Assembly: GCA_046563655.1 (NCBI GenBank)
Contig: CM102288.1
Coordinates: 3,224,001 to 3,288,000, forward strand
Direction of reading: 5' to 3'
Source: Yuukianura sp. NJ FZ-2021
Taxonomy: Eukaryota
DNA length: 64,000 nt
Position numbers and translations under genes: made by a program. The notes beneath the pieces were generated by a model. The model was not told the origin of the DNA, made no database searches, and saw only the letters and a program-made list of their open reading frames with translations. This document shows, piece after piece, positions 48,486-62,600 of the stretch (position 1 is its first letter; each line of letters starts with the position of its first letter).

Positions 48486-49645
48486 TAACAGTAACATTGG
48501 ACTACTATGTTAGTAACATTGGACTACTATCTTAGTAACATGGGACTACTAGCTCATTAACATTGGACTACTTATCTCAAAACGGCTTTTTCTAATTAAT
48601 ACTAGGTACGATGGCACGCAGGAAAAGCATCTCCGGGAAAAGTGTGGAGAAATAGAAACGTTTTTAGTTAACTTAATAATAACACAATTAAAACCTAACT
48701 AACATAATTAGGCTTATAAATAATTATTTAACATAATTATAACTAAACTGACTTTACAACATGTTACCAGAACATAAATTAATTAACATCAATTAATTAA
48801 ACACATTTATTTACAGTCATTGATTTTCGAAGTCAGTCGTTTACTGTTTTTCGCACAAATGTTTTAATATTTTTAATTGGAAATCGATTTGAGCACTAGT
48901 TAACAATAGGAATGGGACCATATGCACGTAGGGCTGAAACGGAGTTTGAAATGCAAATGTTGTGAAAAAGTGCCAAATCGAATTCATAGATGGCGCTGTC
49001 CGCAGTCAGTTTTTATCGCAGTCAAGGTCAGTTTTTCTCCGAGTCAGTCGTTTACATGTCCCCGAATAGAGGGTGCTGCATTCCTTTGAGGTCAACGCCC
49101 TAATTTGGAAAGTAGGCCATGGTTGAGCTGAGCATGTCATAAGCTAAAACCTGCAGTAAGGTCACATGAATCTCGACGTTACTATTAAAGTGTTTCCACA
49201 TTACGTAAGAAACATGCTACATCACGAGTTTTAGGAGAGCAAGGGCAACCCTTTCCTCGTGGTGCAAATTTGTGAATTAGGAAGTACGTTTAGATGCCTG
49301 TGCCAAGCCGGTTTTTGCGATTCTGTTACACCCATCTTCCCGTCCATCTCCATGTGTGGCCTGTGGAAACCCCCATGCATGTTAGAGATGGAGATGACGT
49401 AGAAAATTGTACTTTAGATCTAAATACAATAGGACAGAATTTAGCAAAGCTTACTTGTACTTACTGTAACCAATTTCAACTTGGTTGTCATGAAAACCTT
49501 TGGTGTGCAGTTCTAAATTTGTTAGAATCTTCACTGTTGACTGATCTCAAAGGTCATAAAGTGGCAAGTGCCGCCAAATGACTTTTCGGTGTTTCCGCTA
49601 ATCAGTTTGTCATTTTTTGGTTGCAGATAACCTAAATTCGGAGCA

Positions 49646-50107
49646 ATGGGAGACGTTGAAAAGGGCCGGAACCTATTCAAGACTCGGTGCTCTCAATGCC
49701 ACACTTATGAGGTGAGCGATTCTGGAATAACTACGATAATCAAACAAAAAATGTTACTAAAGATGTGCTGGTTTTTGTATTTGCAGAAAGACGGAAAGCA
49801 CAAACAGGGTCCCAACCTCCATGGTCTCTTCGGTAGAAAAACTGGCCAAGCACCCGGTTTCAGCTACACGGATGCAAACAAATCTAAAGGTACTAAGCTT
49901 ACTGATCAGTTAAACTAATCGTTTTCAACTCATTGCTCAATTAATCTAACTTTGTGTCCAGGTATTACTTGGAATGAGGACACCCTCTTCATCTACTTGG
50001 AGAATCCTAAAAAGTACATCCCTGGTACAAAGATGATTTTCGCTGGTCTACCGAAAGAAAAGGACCGTAAAGATTTGATTGCTTTCCTCAGTGAAGCTAC
50101 GAAGTAA
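49646..50107 (+). CDS. CYCS: Cytochrome c (104 aa); exons 49646-49711, 49787-49889, 49962-50107
   Basis: MGDVEKG..CSQCHT (heme-binding CxxCH), [15 protein letters not shown] and the invariant [11 protein letters not shown]. Confidence 0.98.
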
Positions 50108-50792
50108 ATCTCCGCCACCTTCCTGCCACCATCAACCAACTGATTTCTTCGTCTCTAAATCTTTAATAAGAGTCAGTCAAAAGATAAATTAGTTGAAACG
50201 TAAAGTAAAAAGAAACCAAACTGAGAACCGAATGTAGAATGTTTTCAATTAGCCCTTGTCTTGCACTGATTTCACACAAATCATACTAGAATTAAAGGCT
50301 ATTTCTAGAAAATATTCTTAGAAATGCACCATTGCACATCTAAAATGGAACGCCTAATTAGTAATTAGATTTCTCTGAAAGCCCTGGTTTTAAATTGTAA
50401 CAAGAGTAGTGCAGTTAGCTGACTGGCCTCAGCTTAATATCTCTGTGTTCAATTGGGTCAAAATAAATAAACCCAAAATGAAGAACTAATCGAATCGATT
50501 AAGTCATAATTTATAATAACTGAATTGTTCAATTTTAAAAACAAGGCATAAATAGTTTCACTGAAAAGTGTTAAAAAACGAACAAATTGGAAAACTTCGT
50601 ACAAAAAGATACGAAAATAAGAGAATTAAAAAAAGATGACAGAGTATGAAAGACACCATTGAGGGAATAAGGCAAGTAGCACTAAGCACTAGCGTTAATT
50701 TGTGGAGAGGAAGCCTATTTTGCAATCACATCTAAAGTGGATTAACTAACTATTTGCATAATTAATTGTAATTTGTTAATTAATTGCTGTGT

Positions 50793-53700
50793 TCAGGAAC
50801 TACTGGAGAGACTTAATGATGAGGCATAGATTCGCTTGACTTCCGGAGGGAGTTGACCGTGGCCACGCCCTTTCGTTTTGCCACTGAAACACAGACAGCC
50901 TGAACTGTGTCGTTTCCGACTCTTCGATGCTGTTTCAATTTTGTATCGTTCCTTGAGTGCTTTGTGATAGTAGTCCAAGTCCTTCACGTACCTAAACAAA
51001 GTTAAGTCAGAGGTCAACGGAGGTCAACATGTAAGATGTTTTTAAAACGATGAAAATGGTTCTTACCAGACTGGGGGCCAACGATTTTGGAGTATCCACT
51101 GTCGGTTGTCCGGATCCAACTCTTTGAATAGCTTCGAATGATTCCGCGAAATCGTGTCGTAGTTACTGGCAATGAAAATCATGCAAAACTCGGCAAGTCT
51201 TTCAGCATTGTGGAGCTGAAACAAAGAAAGCACGGAAAATGTGAATCTTTGTTTTGAACGTTTTCTAAGTAAGTTTAGGTTACTGTACCTGTGCCGGTTC
51301 AACAATTCGAATACAATTTTCCAGAACGTCTTCAGAACTTTCACTTTTTCGCATATCCGAAATGAGTAGACTTTCTAAGATGCTGATGAGTCGAGGAAGA
51401 CAGAGGCGGTTGGCTAACTCTATGAGTAACATGGACGTGTCAATGGAATTCGGTTTTTCGACCTTGTCCGTGTAGACGTACTCCAGAAAATACCAAAATA
51501 CTTCTTTCTTCACTCCAGGAAGACTGACCTGTTTCAAGTGAAACAGCTCAGTTAATCGCAGCAAATTACTTGTAAGGATTGTAACTTACAACTCGACTGT
51601 GGCGCTCCAGAAAGTCACCTGACAACATGGCGCTCATGACATCACTCCGTTGAGCAAGAATCGCTCGATGTGCTTCCACAGTTCCATCATCAAGGTCAAA
51701 GGCGACGTCCGTGTAGCTTCCCGCTTGACAGCTTCTCCACACGGACTTGGGTAGAAGCTGAACATAAAAAGCGAGAAGCATTCAAGTTTCTAGCAAGTAT
51801 AACAATATTCCACAGCCGATTAAGTTACTACTTCCATAAGCATTATAGTCAAATGCACACCATCCGTTGCGCCTCATCGCTTACATTGTGATGCTGATTT
51901 GTACATCGTGTCATCATGGTCTTGTCTCCAGCGGCCCAGAAAATCAAGTAATTCATGAACTCCAAGGATTCAAAACACCCAGCCAGTCTCGTCAGTTCCT
52001 GTACGTAATTGAGAATAATAATTATTGATGAACTGATGATAATACGAAGTACGTGGGCTTTAAAACATTAAAAACTTGCTTCATAAAGAGTGTTTGGAGT
52101 ATTCTTTGGGAGTTCTCCGAGGTAGAGAAAATGAAGGTAAGAAGCCATGCCTTGGACGGAAATTCCATTTTCAGTAGGAGGAGACCACAGTTTGACAAGG
52201 ATCCGTTCGTTCCCGATATCCGTTCCAAGTGGATCCAGTTGGACACTTTGAATAAATCTGCCAATTGATCTGAAACATGCTGATTCAATTGATTCACGAT
52301 GAGTATTTTCGGCAGTAGTTGATCCAGGGTTTCGATACCGGTAGCCATGTTGGCGTTGCTGATGAACAAGTAACAGCTCTTCTTCTCCAGTAGTACTCTC
52401 GCTTGCCTATCAAACCAAAATATACAAATTAGTGAACCTGATTAATTAGGTTTATGATTTCCGTAATTAATTACTTCAGGAATTGTCGCTAATCTAATCA
52501 TAAATCGCATTCGATAAACATCAATGAAACCAATCCAAATTCAAACTTTTGTTTCGCGCCAAAACTTTTCATTCATAAACTGCCCAGCGGATTTTCATGA
52601 ATGGAAGTTTTACTACAACGCTTCTACGCATGCTTACAACTTTTACGATAATTTATGTGCATATTTATCTCTAATTATCTCAAATGCACTTGTATCCGAG
52701 TACCGTAAATGTTCTCATACAAGGCCCAAATGGGTTCTTTTGCTTTAACCGCCAATTAATTACTTAATTACTTAATAAATTAATTAACTTAATTATGAAT
52801 TAATTTTTTACCGTGCTACTTTCACTATTCCTGCGTTCCATATTTCCAAAGAGGCGAAAATGAATGAAGTGCAGCAGTTTTTCAGCACTTGCTTCCAGAA
52901 CAAACCGATTTGCCAATAATTTCACGGTTCCTGGAAATTTTTTTTAAAAAAAAAGTGACAAGTTTTAGCACGTTTATCATTTTATCTTCAAATATTTTTT
53001 TTTTTTAAATTTACCTATACTGAAAATGAGATCTGGAAACTCGTGCTCCATCATCATTTTTTCAATGTGAGTCCAGTAGTCTCCGGCTACGATTGGTGAG
53101 TAGATGATTTCCTTTTTCGGAGGACAGTATGGAGCCTAGAGACAGATTGAGAAATAAAATTTTGAGGAATCAAAATTTTGAAAATTCAAATTCAAATTTT
53201 ATTGTTGGAAGAACTGACTTGGAGAAGGGGTTGTCTAACGTGTTTTAAGTTGGTCATCCAAAAGCGTTGACTTCTTCTGGCGAGTAGGGCACATCGAATA
53301 GCATTTTCAAAAACTTGGTCAACTCCGTAATAAGTGTACACTGAAGTCTCGTAGTAAGGGACTCCAAGGTCCTTGGCCACTGACCGCGCCTGGTCCGCCA
53401 TCACGAGGTCACTGTCCCGGATTGGACGCTGTACAGGTCAACCAAAGGTCAAAGGTCAACCATTCGTCACCTCAAGAACTATGATTTATGTAATGTGGAC
53501 TTACAAAAAACGGACTCCTCTCTCGACAACATTCGGTGTAGGCAGGATCACTGATCAAAAACCGCAAGTCATTCTGCAAAGATCAACTTTTCAGAAAACA
53601 GTTGACTAAGCTTGTTTTAAGGTCAAAGGTCAATGACCTTACCTTGCACCCCACAAGAATGACAGGCGTATCTGGACAGAATCTTCTAATTTCTGGAAAC

Positions 53701-54234
53701 CACATGGACTTGCAGTGCTGGAGAGAATTGCGACTTCCAATGGAAAAACAAAGAAGAATCACATCAGAGCGACCATAGGCAAACCGTCTATCTTTCTCGT
53801 GGTCACCAAACGTGTCCCACAGTCTCAGAGACACCTAAGGTCAAGGTCAATTTAGTTAACATTGCATTTGACCATTGACCTTTGTCACCTTACATGAACA
53901 CCATCAACAAAGGACATGGACCGCTCCAGCACTTCCTTGTACATGCGATATTGGTCAATTGCAAACACTGTTGGGACATGCGTACTGAACAGTTGACGCA
54001 GCGAAGCCCGTGCGTTGCAGGCTCTGCCGCAGATGAGTCTGGTCTTCCCCACGGCAGTATCTCCCACCAACACCTTCAAAATTTCAAGGTCAACAAAGGT
54101 CATTCCAAAAGACAATGTTAGAATTCTTAAATTTCAGATTTCGAAATTTTGAAATCGCAAATTTTGTGTCGATTCAAATTTTCAAAGTAAAAACTTACAC
54201 ATTTGACGAGTTCCTGCCCATGGTCATGTTCCAT
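50793..54234 (-). CDS. RhoBTB: Rho-related BTB domain-containing protein
   Basis: [67 protein letters not shown], a BTB domain ([21 protein letters not shown]) and C-terminal [14 protein letters not shown]. Confidence 0.96.
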
Positions 54235-57065
54235 TTCCGTTCCTAGATGTTAAGAAATAAACAATAAATGATAATTAATACAAATACGTATTATAACAAT
54301 AATAAATTTCAATTAATAACCTAATTAAAAGTTAGTTAACTTAACAATTTAGAAAACCTATGTTAACCAGCTGCTAGAAAACTGTTAATGTTAGTGTGTT
54401 GTTGTTTAGTTGCTTAGTTTTTATCTGTTTTAAAGTTGAGCACCTCACAGGTATCAGTTGAGTGAGACTGACACCAACTGAAGCATACGAAGAGCGTTAA
54501 TGAGCATCAGGAAGTTAATTGACTTACGTTAATTTAAGCTCTGTTTTTGCCTTAAGCTTTGACGTCAAATTTACAAACAATGCCAAAATGTTGTTAACTT
54601 TCAAAAACAAAATTTCAGGCTATACGCTTGATTGCAAAAGGCGTTTTGAGTTAGTGACTGCCAATTTTCGCAAGAAATTAAAAATTTCGGCGAATATTTT
54701 TTTTTTGTCGAAGTAGCTGGACTGGACTGGATTATGAATGACAGAATGAGCCCACATAAACCCACAATGTATCGTGGTTAATCGATTAATGTGTTAATTA
54801 AAATCCAAAATTAGAAAATTAATGATATGTTAGACATCACTTTGAGAAGTATATTAGCCTTATTCTGCACTTACGTCACAAAATTACAAGCTCCTGATTG
54901 GTTCCCACTCTCCCTCCAGTTTTACTGGCGTCTCCTGTGTAACTTTTTTGCAAATTGCAAAAAATGAACATTCTCAGGAGACTGTCAGTTTGAAACTGGC
55001 AGAAAAAGTTTGGCGTTGAAATTGGACGAACGGAAATGGAATGAGGTCACCAAAATTCGAAACGTACGACTGTGTGTCACCGTACAACGCAAACCGGGTG
55101 CATAAAATTTTTGAATTTGCAATAATTTGTTAAAATTTGGTAAAAATAAAAAATTTTGTTCAGCTAAGAGAAAAATTTACAATAATTTTTGCTCGTTTGT
55201 TTTAACGTTAACGTTTCTTTTCCATTTTAAAAACGCTCTGTGTCGAATCCATGTTTCAAATCATTTGAAGTAGTTAAAAAGTATAATTTGCGAGACAAAA
55301 TTAAATTAGAGCAAAAGAAAACAAAGATTTTTTTTTTGTAAAAACGAACAAGTAAAACGCCTAATAAAGCTTAAATAAAATTTTGATTCTACAATTTTCG
55401 GTGATATTATTTTCGAACGGGATGTAAATTATTCAATGGAAACTTGACTTGTTTCTTTTTGAACTTCATTTTGATTTTCAAAATTTTGTTGCATCGTTGT
55501 AATTATTGTTCTTCAGAAAACTCATATTTTAAAGTCAGTTAAATTTTAACTAAACTTCACAAAAACTTAAGAGTTCTTGAATTCAGATACAGGGATGTTT
55601 GTAATGATTTAAAAGAAACCCAGAAGGTTTTACAATTTCAAAATTTGTTAGCACTGCACTTTGACTTTGCCTTGCCACTGTGTCTCTTGCTAACTGATCA
55701 CCGAAAAACAAGTGAAACAGCACATGATTTGAAACTGTTCCAAAAATAGGTCTATTCTTCCATTGTTCTTCCCGCTTTATCCACTTCACAGTTCACACCT
55801 CGACCTCCCAGAATCCACGATAAACACTTTGCACCTATCACACTTTACAGGTCAATGATTCATCTTCACTTTAAACAAAATTATCAAAAATTCAATTTCA
55901 AAAAATTGTACAAAACAATACCACAAAACCCGAAGAATTATCTTAAATTATCTAAAACACGAAAACGTTTTTTCTGTTACTTTTCCTTCAAAATTTGTTG
56001 ACTGGCTTAAAAATGCTGCAAAAGCTGAAACTAAAAACTGACTTCCTTTGTAGTGCGAAACCCAATGTGTGCAAAAGTGGTGAACTTTATCTGATTTGCA
56101 AGTGGGATCAGGATGCAATTTGAAAAACCCACCACGACTAAGGTGGGTGTGTGTAACAGGAAGAGTACACGGAGGTGCTTGACCTGTCAATGTCAGTGGT
56201 TGGCCAAAAGTAAAGTACAAATCTACGCCTCAAATTCCACCAACACGCGAATTATAAACTCAAAAGTTGAATAACACTTTCCTCATTCCTCACGAACTGC
56301 CCTTTGCACTACTCAATTTAAATATCAAAAATAAAACGCAAATTACAAAAAAAAATCTCCAAAACTGCTAAAAATAGAGAATTAACTTATTCCAAGAACT
56401 TTGTATAAAAAAAGCTTCCACTCTAGTCAACTCACCTGAGCTAACTAACTTTAACTTAACTTTTGTTAGGGTTTAGATTTAAAATGTTAGGTTAATTGTG
56501 TAGTACTGAACCAAAGTATACCTGGGATGATGAGATGGAAACTTTAAGTGAAATGTATGGACACGCTAATGTTGTTGTTTTTTTTTCTTTGGGTTTTAGA
56601 TTAGGTTGGAACTAGAATTTTAAATTAGTCTTTCCTGTGGTTTCGCTTGGAGGAAAAAACTTTAGATTGGGGGAAGCTAGAAGCTAAAATAGGCAGAACA
56701 TGTGACTTTATATGTCCTTCCAGAACCAGAAATAGTTGTTTTTCCATAGTTTTACACCAGTCAACACTTATAAGTCTAATGATGTCCATGTGTAAACGAG
56801 AACATGACATGACAACATGAGGCTATATTTGGACAAATACGCACCACATCTTCATCTCTGTGGTATGCCATATCTCATGCCAAAAATAGAACTCTAACCA
56901 CGTTCACAAGATCACAACAACCCCAATGCCACTGCTGGAGAAAACAGATGAACAACAACACAAGGACAAATTCCAAAAAATATTTTTTGAAAAACACGGT
57001 TTTGACAAATTTCTGACACAAGTTTGACGAAATACTTTGTATTTTGAAAGTTTTTTGAAAATGGT

Positions 57066-58074
57066 TCATTCGTAGTAAATTGCATGGACGGATGCTGCTG
57101 CAAAGATGTGATGATTCGTATAACTGCCTTGAGCGTACGAATCCCGCGTCGTATCCCCGAGATTCTTAAATGCAATGCAAAATCCTTGACGCTGCATTGG
57201 CCCCAGAGCGACATGGACAACCAACTTGTATCTAGAAACAAGCAAGGTCCAAGGTCAACTGAGGTCAACATCATAATATATCAAATGTCAACTTTCTTCT
57301 GACCTTTCATACTCAAAGGCCATGACACGATTCCGAATGGCCTCGGCCACTTGAGAACAAGTTGCACTGGCCGATTTGGAGCAGTAACGCAGGTCAAAGA
57401 GCAGTTCCTCCAAGGTCGTGTGAATCAAAGCTTCGACTCGTGAAGGCTCAAATGGTTTCTTGGACTCCAAGCGATACGTGTTGTCAAAAACCAACTTGGG
57501 ACGACGAATTTGAGTTTTGTTTTTGGACGATTTGTCTTGATATCCAATTGTTGGTTCCTTAAAAAAAGCCTGGAGAGTGGAAATGTCACTTTTTTCTGGA
57601 GGAGCTGGAATGAGATCTTTGACGTCCGCTGCCTCTGTAAACATCGACGCACGCCGCTTCTTCTTGGCAGCAGCATCTGAAATTTGAAATTTTGAGTTTT
57701 TCAAAAAAAAATTCTGAAATCTTGAGACATTTTGCGTTTAATACCTTGAGCTGCGGCGTGTACTGGAGCAGCATGTTTGGCCGGTTCCGCTTCTAGTGAC
57801 TTCCGTGCTCCATGGGCTGGTTCAGCTTCTGGTGTTTTCGGCTTGGCTGGTTCGGCTTCTGGTGACGTCGGCTTGGCTGGTTCCGCTTCAAGCGACTTCC
57901 GGGCTTCTTGAGCCGGTTCTTTCTCCAGCGATTTGCGCTGTGCTTGACCCGCGTCAGATTCAACTGACTTCCGAGGTGCATCTGGAATAAAAGTAGTCAT
58001 GATTAATCTGCAATTAACGAAATTCTTAAATTGCACGAAAAATTCTTACCTCCAGTTGGCTGTGCATCGGCCAT
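57066..58074 (-). CDS. Tctex1-domain dynein light chain (TCTEX1D/DYNLT type) with a repetitive N-terminal extension
   Basis: Exons approx. 58050-58074 (MADAQPTG), 57744-57982, 57304-57677 and 57066-57231. Motifs FDNTYRLE..F, ER|YKLVVHVALG..QG, D..A and C-terminal HAIYYE*. Confidence 0.85.
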
Positions 58075-59670
58075 TTTCAACACAGTTTCACTTGCAGTTG
58101 CAGCGTTGCACTTTTGGAAATACTAAATCGATTTGTAGTAAAACTGTGACAAGGACGCGTAGTTATTTTGCCTTCGTCAGTTCAAAATTTGAAATCGTTT
58201 GCCAAAAAATAGCCTAAATTGTTTGCAATCTTGTTCAAAAGTATAACTTACAACAAAACACCATCACTATTGTTGCTAAGGGATTTTGAAAAATACAAAA
58301 AATTCCAGAATTTCCTCCGAAACAGCAAAGAGAAAAGCGATTTTCAGAAAACTCGAAAAACTTTCTCCGAAAAATGAAAAACAAAATTCCGATTTGGGGA
58401 AACTTTTAATTTCATTTTTTCTTCCAGTTCATTTTTTTGTTTCCTCGCACGCAAACATGCAACTGTGTATTAACTTAAAATTGAGTTAAACCAAAACCCG
58501 AACTTAAAAAAATAGACAAGTAAAAGCAAACAAGCGTTTCAATTATTTAAGAAAAATGGGCGAATGTAAACGTACCTGCGAAGTTTGTTTTGGTTGCAAT
58601 GTTCCAAATTCTGAGTTGAAATTTGAAGAAAAAATGACCTTGACTTTTTGAAATTCCAGAATTTCAGGTCATGGCCACCTCCAACACTGGATCTGGATGT
58701 TTGTTCAAATTTTCATGAAACAGAAAACTACGCACTTTCACAACTTGCCAAAAATAATTCATATCCTCCGAAAAATCTCTTTTAGATTTAGATTTTAAAT
58801 TGTAAACTTGTTATTATTGTGTCCAGATAATTATTGGAATGACGAAGAAAACAACTAAAAATACTACGTTGCTAAAAAGACTATAAATGAAAATGAGTAA
58901 ACTAAAAAGTGACGATGGAACCTTCCAGGAATAAAAACGTCGCAGAACAGCAGTGGTTTCCAAGATGTAAACAAAAGATACTAATCACAGAGGTCTTGTA
59001 TGTAGCATCACACCAATTGGACAAAATTAGACTCTGGATGAGCTGGAACTTTAGTATCAGCTGTATTCGCGAATTTGCAATTTGCAAAAATAAAGTTCGC
59101 GAATCTGTCCATGGTGTATCTCAACTAAGATGTGAAATGAGACTAGTCACTTTGAAGGTTCCACAATAACTAAACACTTACTTCGAGTAGCAGCACATAA
59201 CAAATAGTAGTGTGCATGTGCAAATTTTTTGCACAAAGGACTCCAGGCACGAGCCAAAAGTTTGCAAAAAAGACAGCTGAAAAGGCTCGCTTTGGTTCGT
59301 TTTCTGCTTGCGCTGGACGAAGAACAAGCAAAATCAGAAAATGTGAAAACAGCGCTTTGGAATCTCTAAGGTTTGGCGTAACGCTGCTGACCGTTATTGG
59401 CTTTTGACACTTTTTTCTTAGAACAGCGCTTCCAGCGCAGTTGCAAAAACGAGAAGCGATTCACATTCGGAAATGAAAGCTTTTATGTGTAACATGACGT
59501 CAACTATTTGCTTTCACTTTGATTCTGACACATCAAGGTCACTAACGAAAAAAAGTGTGAAAAAAAAACAACTAAACTGTCCAACTTTTTTAAAACTGCA
59601 ACAAAAAGTATCAGAATCTGAATAAAATTTTTATGAAATTTTATATTTTAGTTCCAGTCAATTACAAAAT

Positions 59671-62600
59671 CTAGACATGGTTCGTGTGTAACTTGATTTT
59701 GATGTTGACTGAAGCTAACTGTTCAACTAAATACTTAAAAACATACGGAATCTCCAGTTTTTGAATGCTGTCTTCCTTTCCACATAGAGAACACTTCACT
59801 TTCGGTACATCCAGAAGTGTAGTTCCAGGAGCTTGCGGTGGAATTTTAATAATTGGTGACAAAATGGATCCACAGTCGGTACAGATACTGGTCGTAGTTC
59901 GATCCGAACCGTAGAACAGTCTATCTTGCAGTAAAAACGATGCACCGTGGGCCAGAAGAGCATCTTTTTCCATTTCACCAAACCGGACTCCACCGCCTTT
60001 GCGACGACCTTTGTTCGGTTGATGTGTCACGAAATCCATTGCACCAGTTGATCTCACTTGCCACTTTTCAGAAACCATGTGACGAAGTCGTTGATAGTGG
60101 ACGATTCCAAAGAAAATGTCGGCAGTCAGCTCTCTTCCGTCGGTTCCAGAGTACATTCTTTCCGTTCCGTAGTAGTTGTAGCCACCGTGTTCTAGAAGTT
60201 GACCAAAGTAGTCAATGGCAGGGTCATCTTCTGAAAATTTGAACGGACTGGCATCATGGACATGACCGTGAAGAGCTCCCGCTTTTCCTGCCATGCACTC
60301 GATCATCATAGCTACACAAACAAACAAAAAATTGCCAAACGTTTTGTTTTTCAGTTTAAACGTTTTAAGTTTTTTTGGGAGCCAAAACCTTACCGATGGT
60401 CATTCGAGATGGAAAACCGTGCGGATTGAAGACGATATCTGGCACGAGTCCAGACTCTGTAAATGGCAAATCCTCTGCAGGCCAAAGGTAACTGCAAATT
60501 CCTTTCTGTCCAGCCCTTGACGCGAACTTGTCACCCATTTTCGGATTTTTTGGAATACGAAAAGTGATGACAACGCTGTTTCTCTCTTGTGTTCCAGTGT
60601 CATTTCCTTTCAGCTTGACGCTGTGGACGTAGTAAGTTTCAGCTCCAGTGAATCTCCTCAGAACAAACTTTCCTTCTTCTTCATTAAAAAAACTGAAAAA
60701 AAGTAGAACAAAAGAATCAACTACAAAACGAGCAACAGCAAAAATGTCTAAACCGAATTAGCTTTTACCAATAGTAAGGATCTCCTTTGTCCAACGCAGT
60801 TCCAATATGTGGCAAACCGTCTTCGTCCAATTTGAACTTTAGTTTTGGATCTGCCGGATCCAGCATAAATGTACTGCGCGTTTTATCATTTTTGAGCACG
60901 TCCTTGAGGTCAATGTGCTCCGACTTGTAGATACATCCGTGTCCAAAACCACGTTCATACGATGTCTTACTGATGATCATCGCGTCTTCCATGTCATACC
61001 CCTAGAAAACAAAGGATTTCCAAAATATTCAAAAAAATCATTTCTTTTTCGTTTTTGAAATGAAGTATTTTTGAAAATATAAAGTGTAGGCTTACAGTGT
61101 ATGAAATTACAGCCACAATTGCATTGGTTCCGGAAGGATAATCGTCTAATTTGAGATAATCGTAGTGACACGGTCGGAATAACGGAGTTCCAGGAAACAT
61201 GAGTCGGTATAACTTGTTCTCCGTGAACCTGTGCCATGTCAAATATGGGGTTCCCATAGTCTGTTTGCCCATTTGACACTGGTACATGTTTCGAGGACTC
61301 TGATTACAATCGGGCATGGGAATCAGTGAAGCCAAGTGACTCATGAACATCCTCTCGTTTACTTCTTGGTGAGTTGTGATCTGTAAAACAACAAAACATT
61401 TACAATTTTTTAGAATTTGAAAAGTTTGTGCATGGTGTTTAAGTTTTTATAAAACTTACACCAGGATAAGCTTCTTCCGGAACAATGCAAATGTCGAGAT
61501 AGAGTTGCTCAAACGTTCCAATGTACTCTATTTTTCTCGTCGCAAGATGAATTACTGGACGCATCATTCGTGCAATCGTCGTAAACAGAAATAGTCCAGG
61601 ATGCTGACCTTTGTCCCGTTTCGGAACCAAAGCAATTTCAGTAAACCGCGGAACCTAGAAATCAAAAATTAAAAAAATCAAAAAATTCTTGTTTCCAAAA
61701 TTGAAATTGAAACTTGAAAATCTTTTAGTTCTCACCCCATCTCCGTTGACTTTACGCAGTCGCAGTTGATCTGCAACTTTTTGAGCACTTTCGCTATGAA
61801 TAAAGCCCAGTACTCGTCCATTGAGAATCACTTTGTGGCAGTCCGACAGTTTATAAGCACAATGCTGGTCAATCGGGATCATTCCAAGGTCAACCAGAAG
61901 TCTCGGAAGGGCAGCATCATCTGGTGGCTCAGTCACCACGTGACAGAAGGCACTCAAGTGATTGAGCAGTCCACATGGAGCTCCATCGGGAGTGTGTACT
62001 GGGCATATGAAGCCCCAAGCATCCGGTTGAAGTTGACGTGCTTCTGTTGTTCTCAGTTCTTGGAAAAAGGCACCACGATGAACAGATCGAAAGTGAGCCA
62101 AGTAGCGAAGTCGATTCAGATTTTCAACGATAATTGTAAGGCCAGTGGTTTGCGGTAGGCCTTGACCGGTGTTCAGCGGCACGTTTCCAGTGGCTATGAA
62201 AGTTTCAAAGTTTCTGTCGAATCTAGGAGTTCCGATGATAATTTTGTTCAGATCAGCTGAAAATGTCAAAATGTAACAAAATGTTGAAATTCTTTGAAAT
62301 GTTTTTTTTAGAAAATCAAATCATGTAATGATGAAATTGAAAGTTCCTTACCTGGTGTAAACGTTCCAGACTGTTTCGGCAACTTCAGTTTTCGCATGAC
62401 AAGGCCTTGGATGAGGTTAACCCAGCCGAACAGCTTGTCCTTGAGCAATTGGAGATACAAGTGACCTCCAAGTAAAATTTCTTGGAGCATGACATGGTCT
62501 GGACTCTCCGTGGCACAGTTGCCTTGAACTCCACTGAACAACTTCTGTAAAGCGAAAATGAGAAAATGGAACTTCTCTAGCGGAGTGGGACAGTGAATAC

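Larger units (their letters stand above)
47385..49063. mobile_element. Non-autonomous foldback element with very long TIRs and nested MITEs
   Basis: Near-identical inverted arms of about 580 bp or more starting GGGGACATGTAAACG. The 8-bp direct repeat GAATAGAG lies at 47377-47384 and 49064-49071. The inner arms carry 22-bp tandem repeats GATAGTAGTCCAATGTTACTAA. Confidence 0.92.

Noticed and set aside
47877..48575. 22-bp repeats as a CRISPR-like array
   Set aside because: The units are head-to-tail without unique spacers, lie within foldback arms in inverted orientation, and no cas genes are present in this eukaryotic DNA.
57701..58036. Start of the Tctex1 protein at ATG 58000 or at the ORF-track start
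   Set aside because: An upstream exon (ATG 58074, donor G|GTAAG) splices in frame to ttttattccag|AT at 57982 and fits better.
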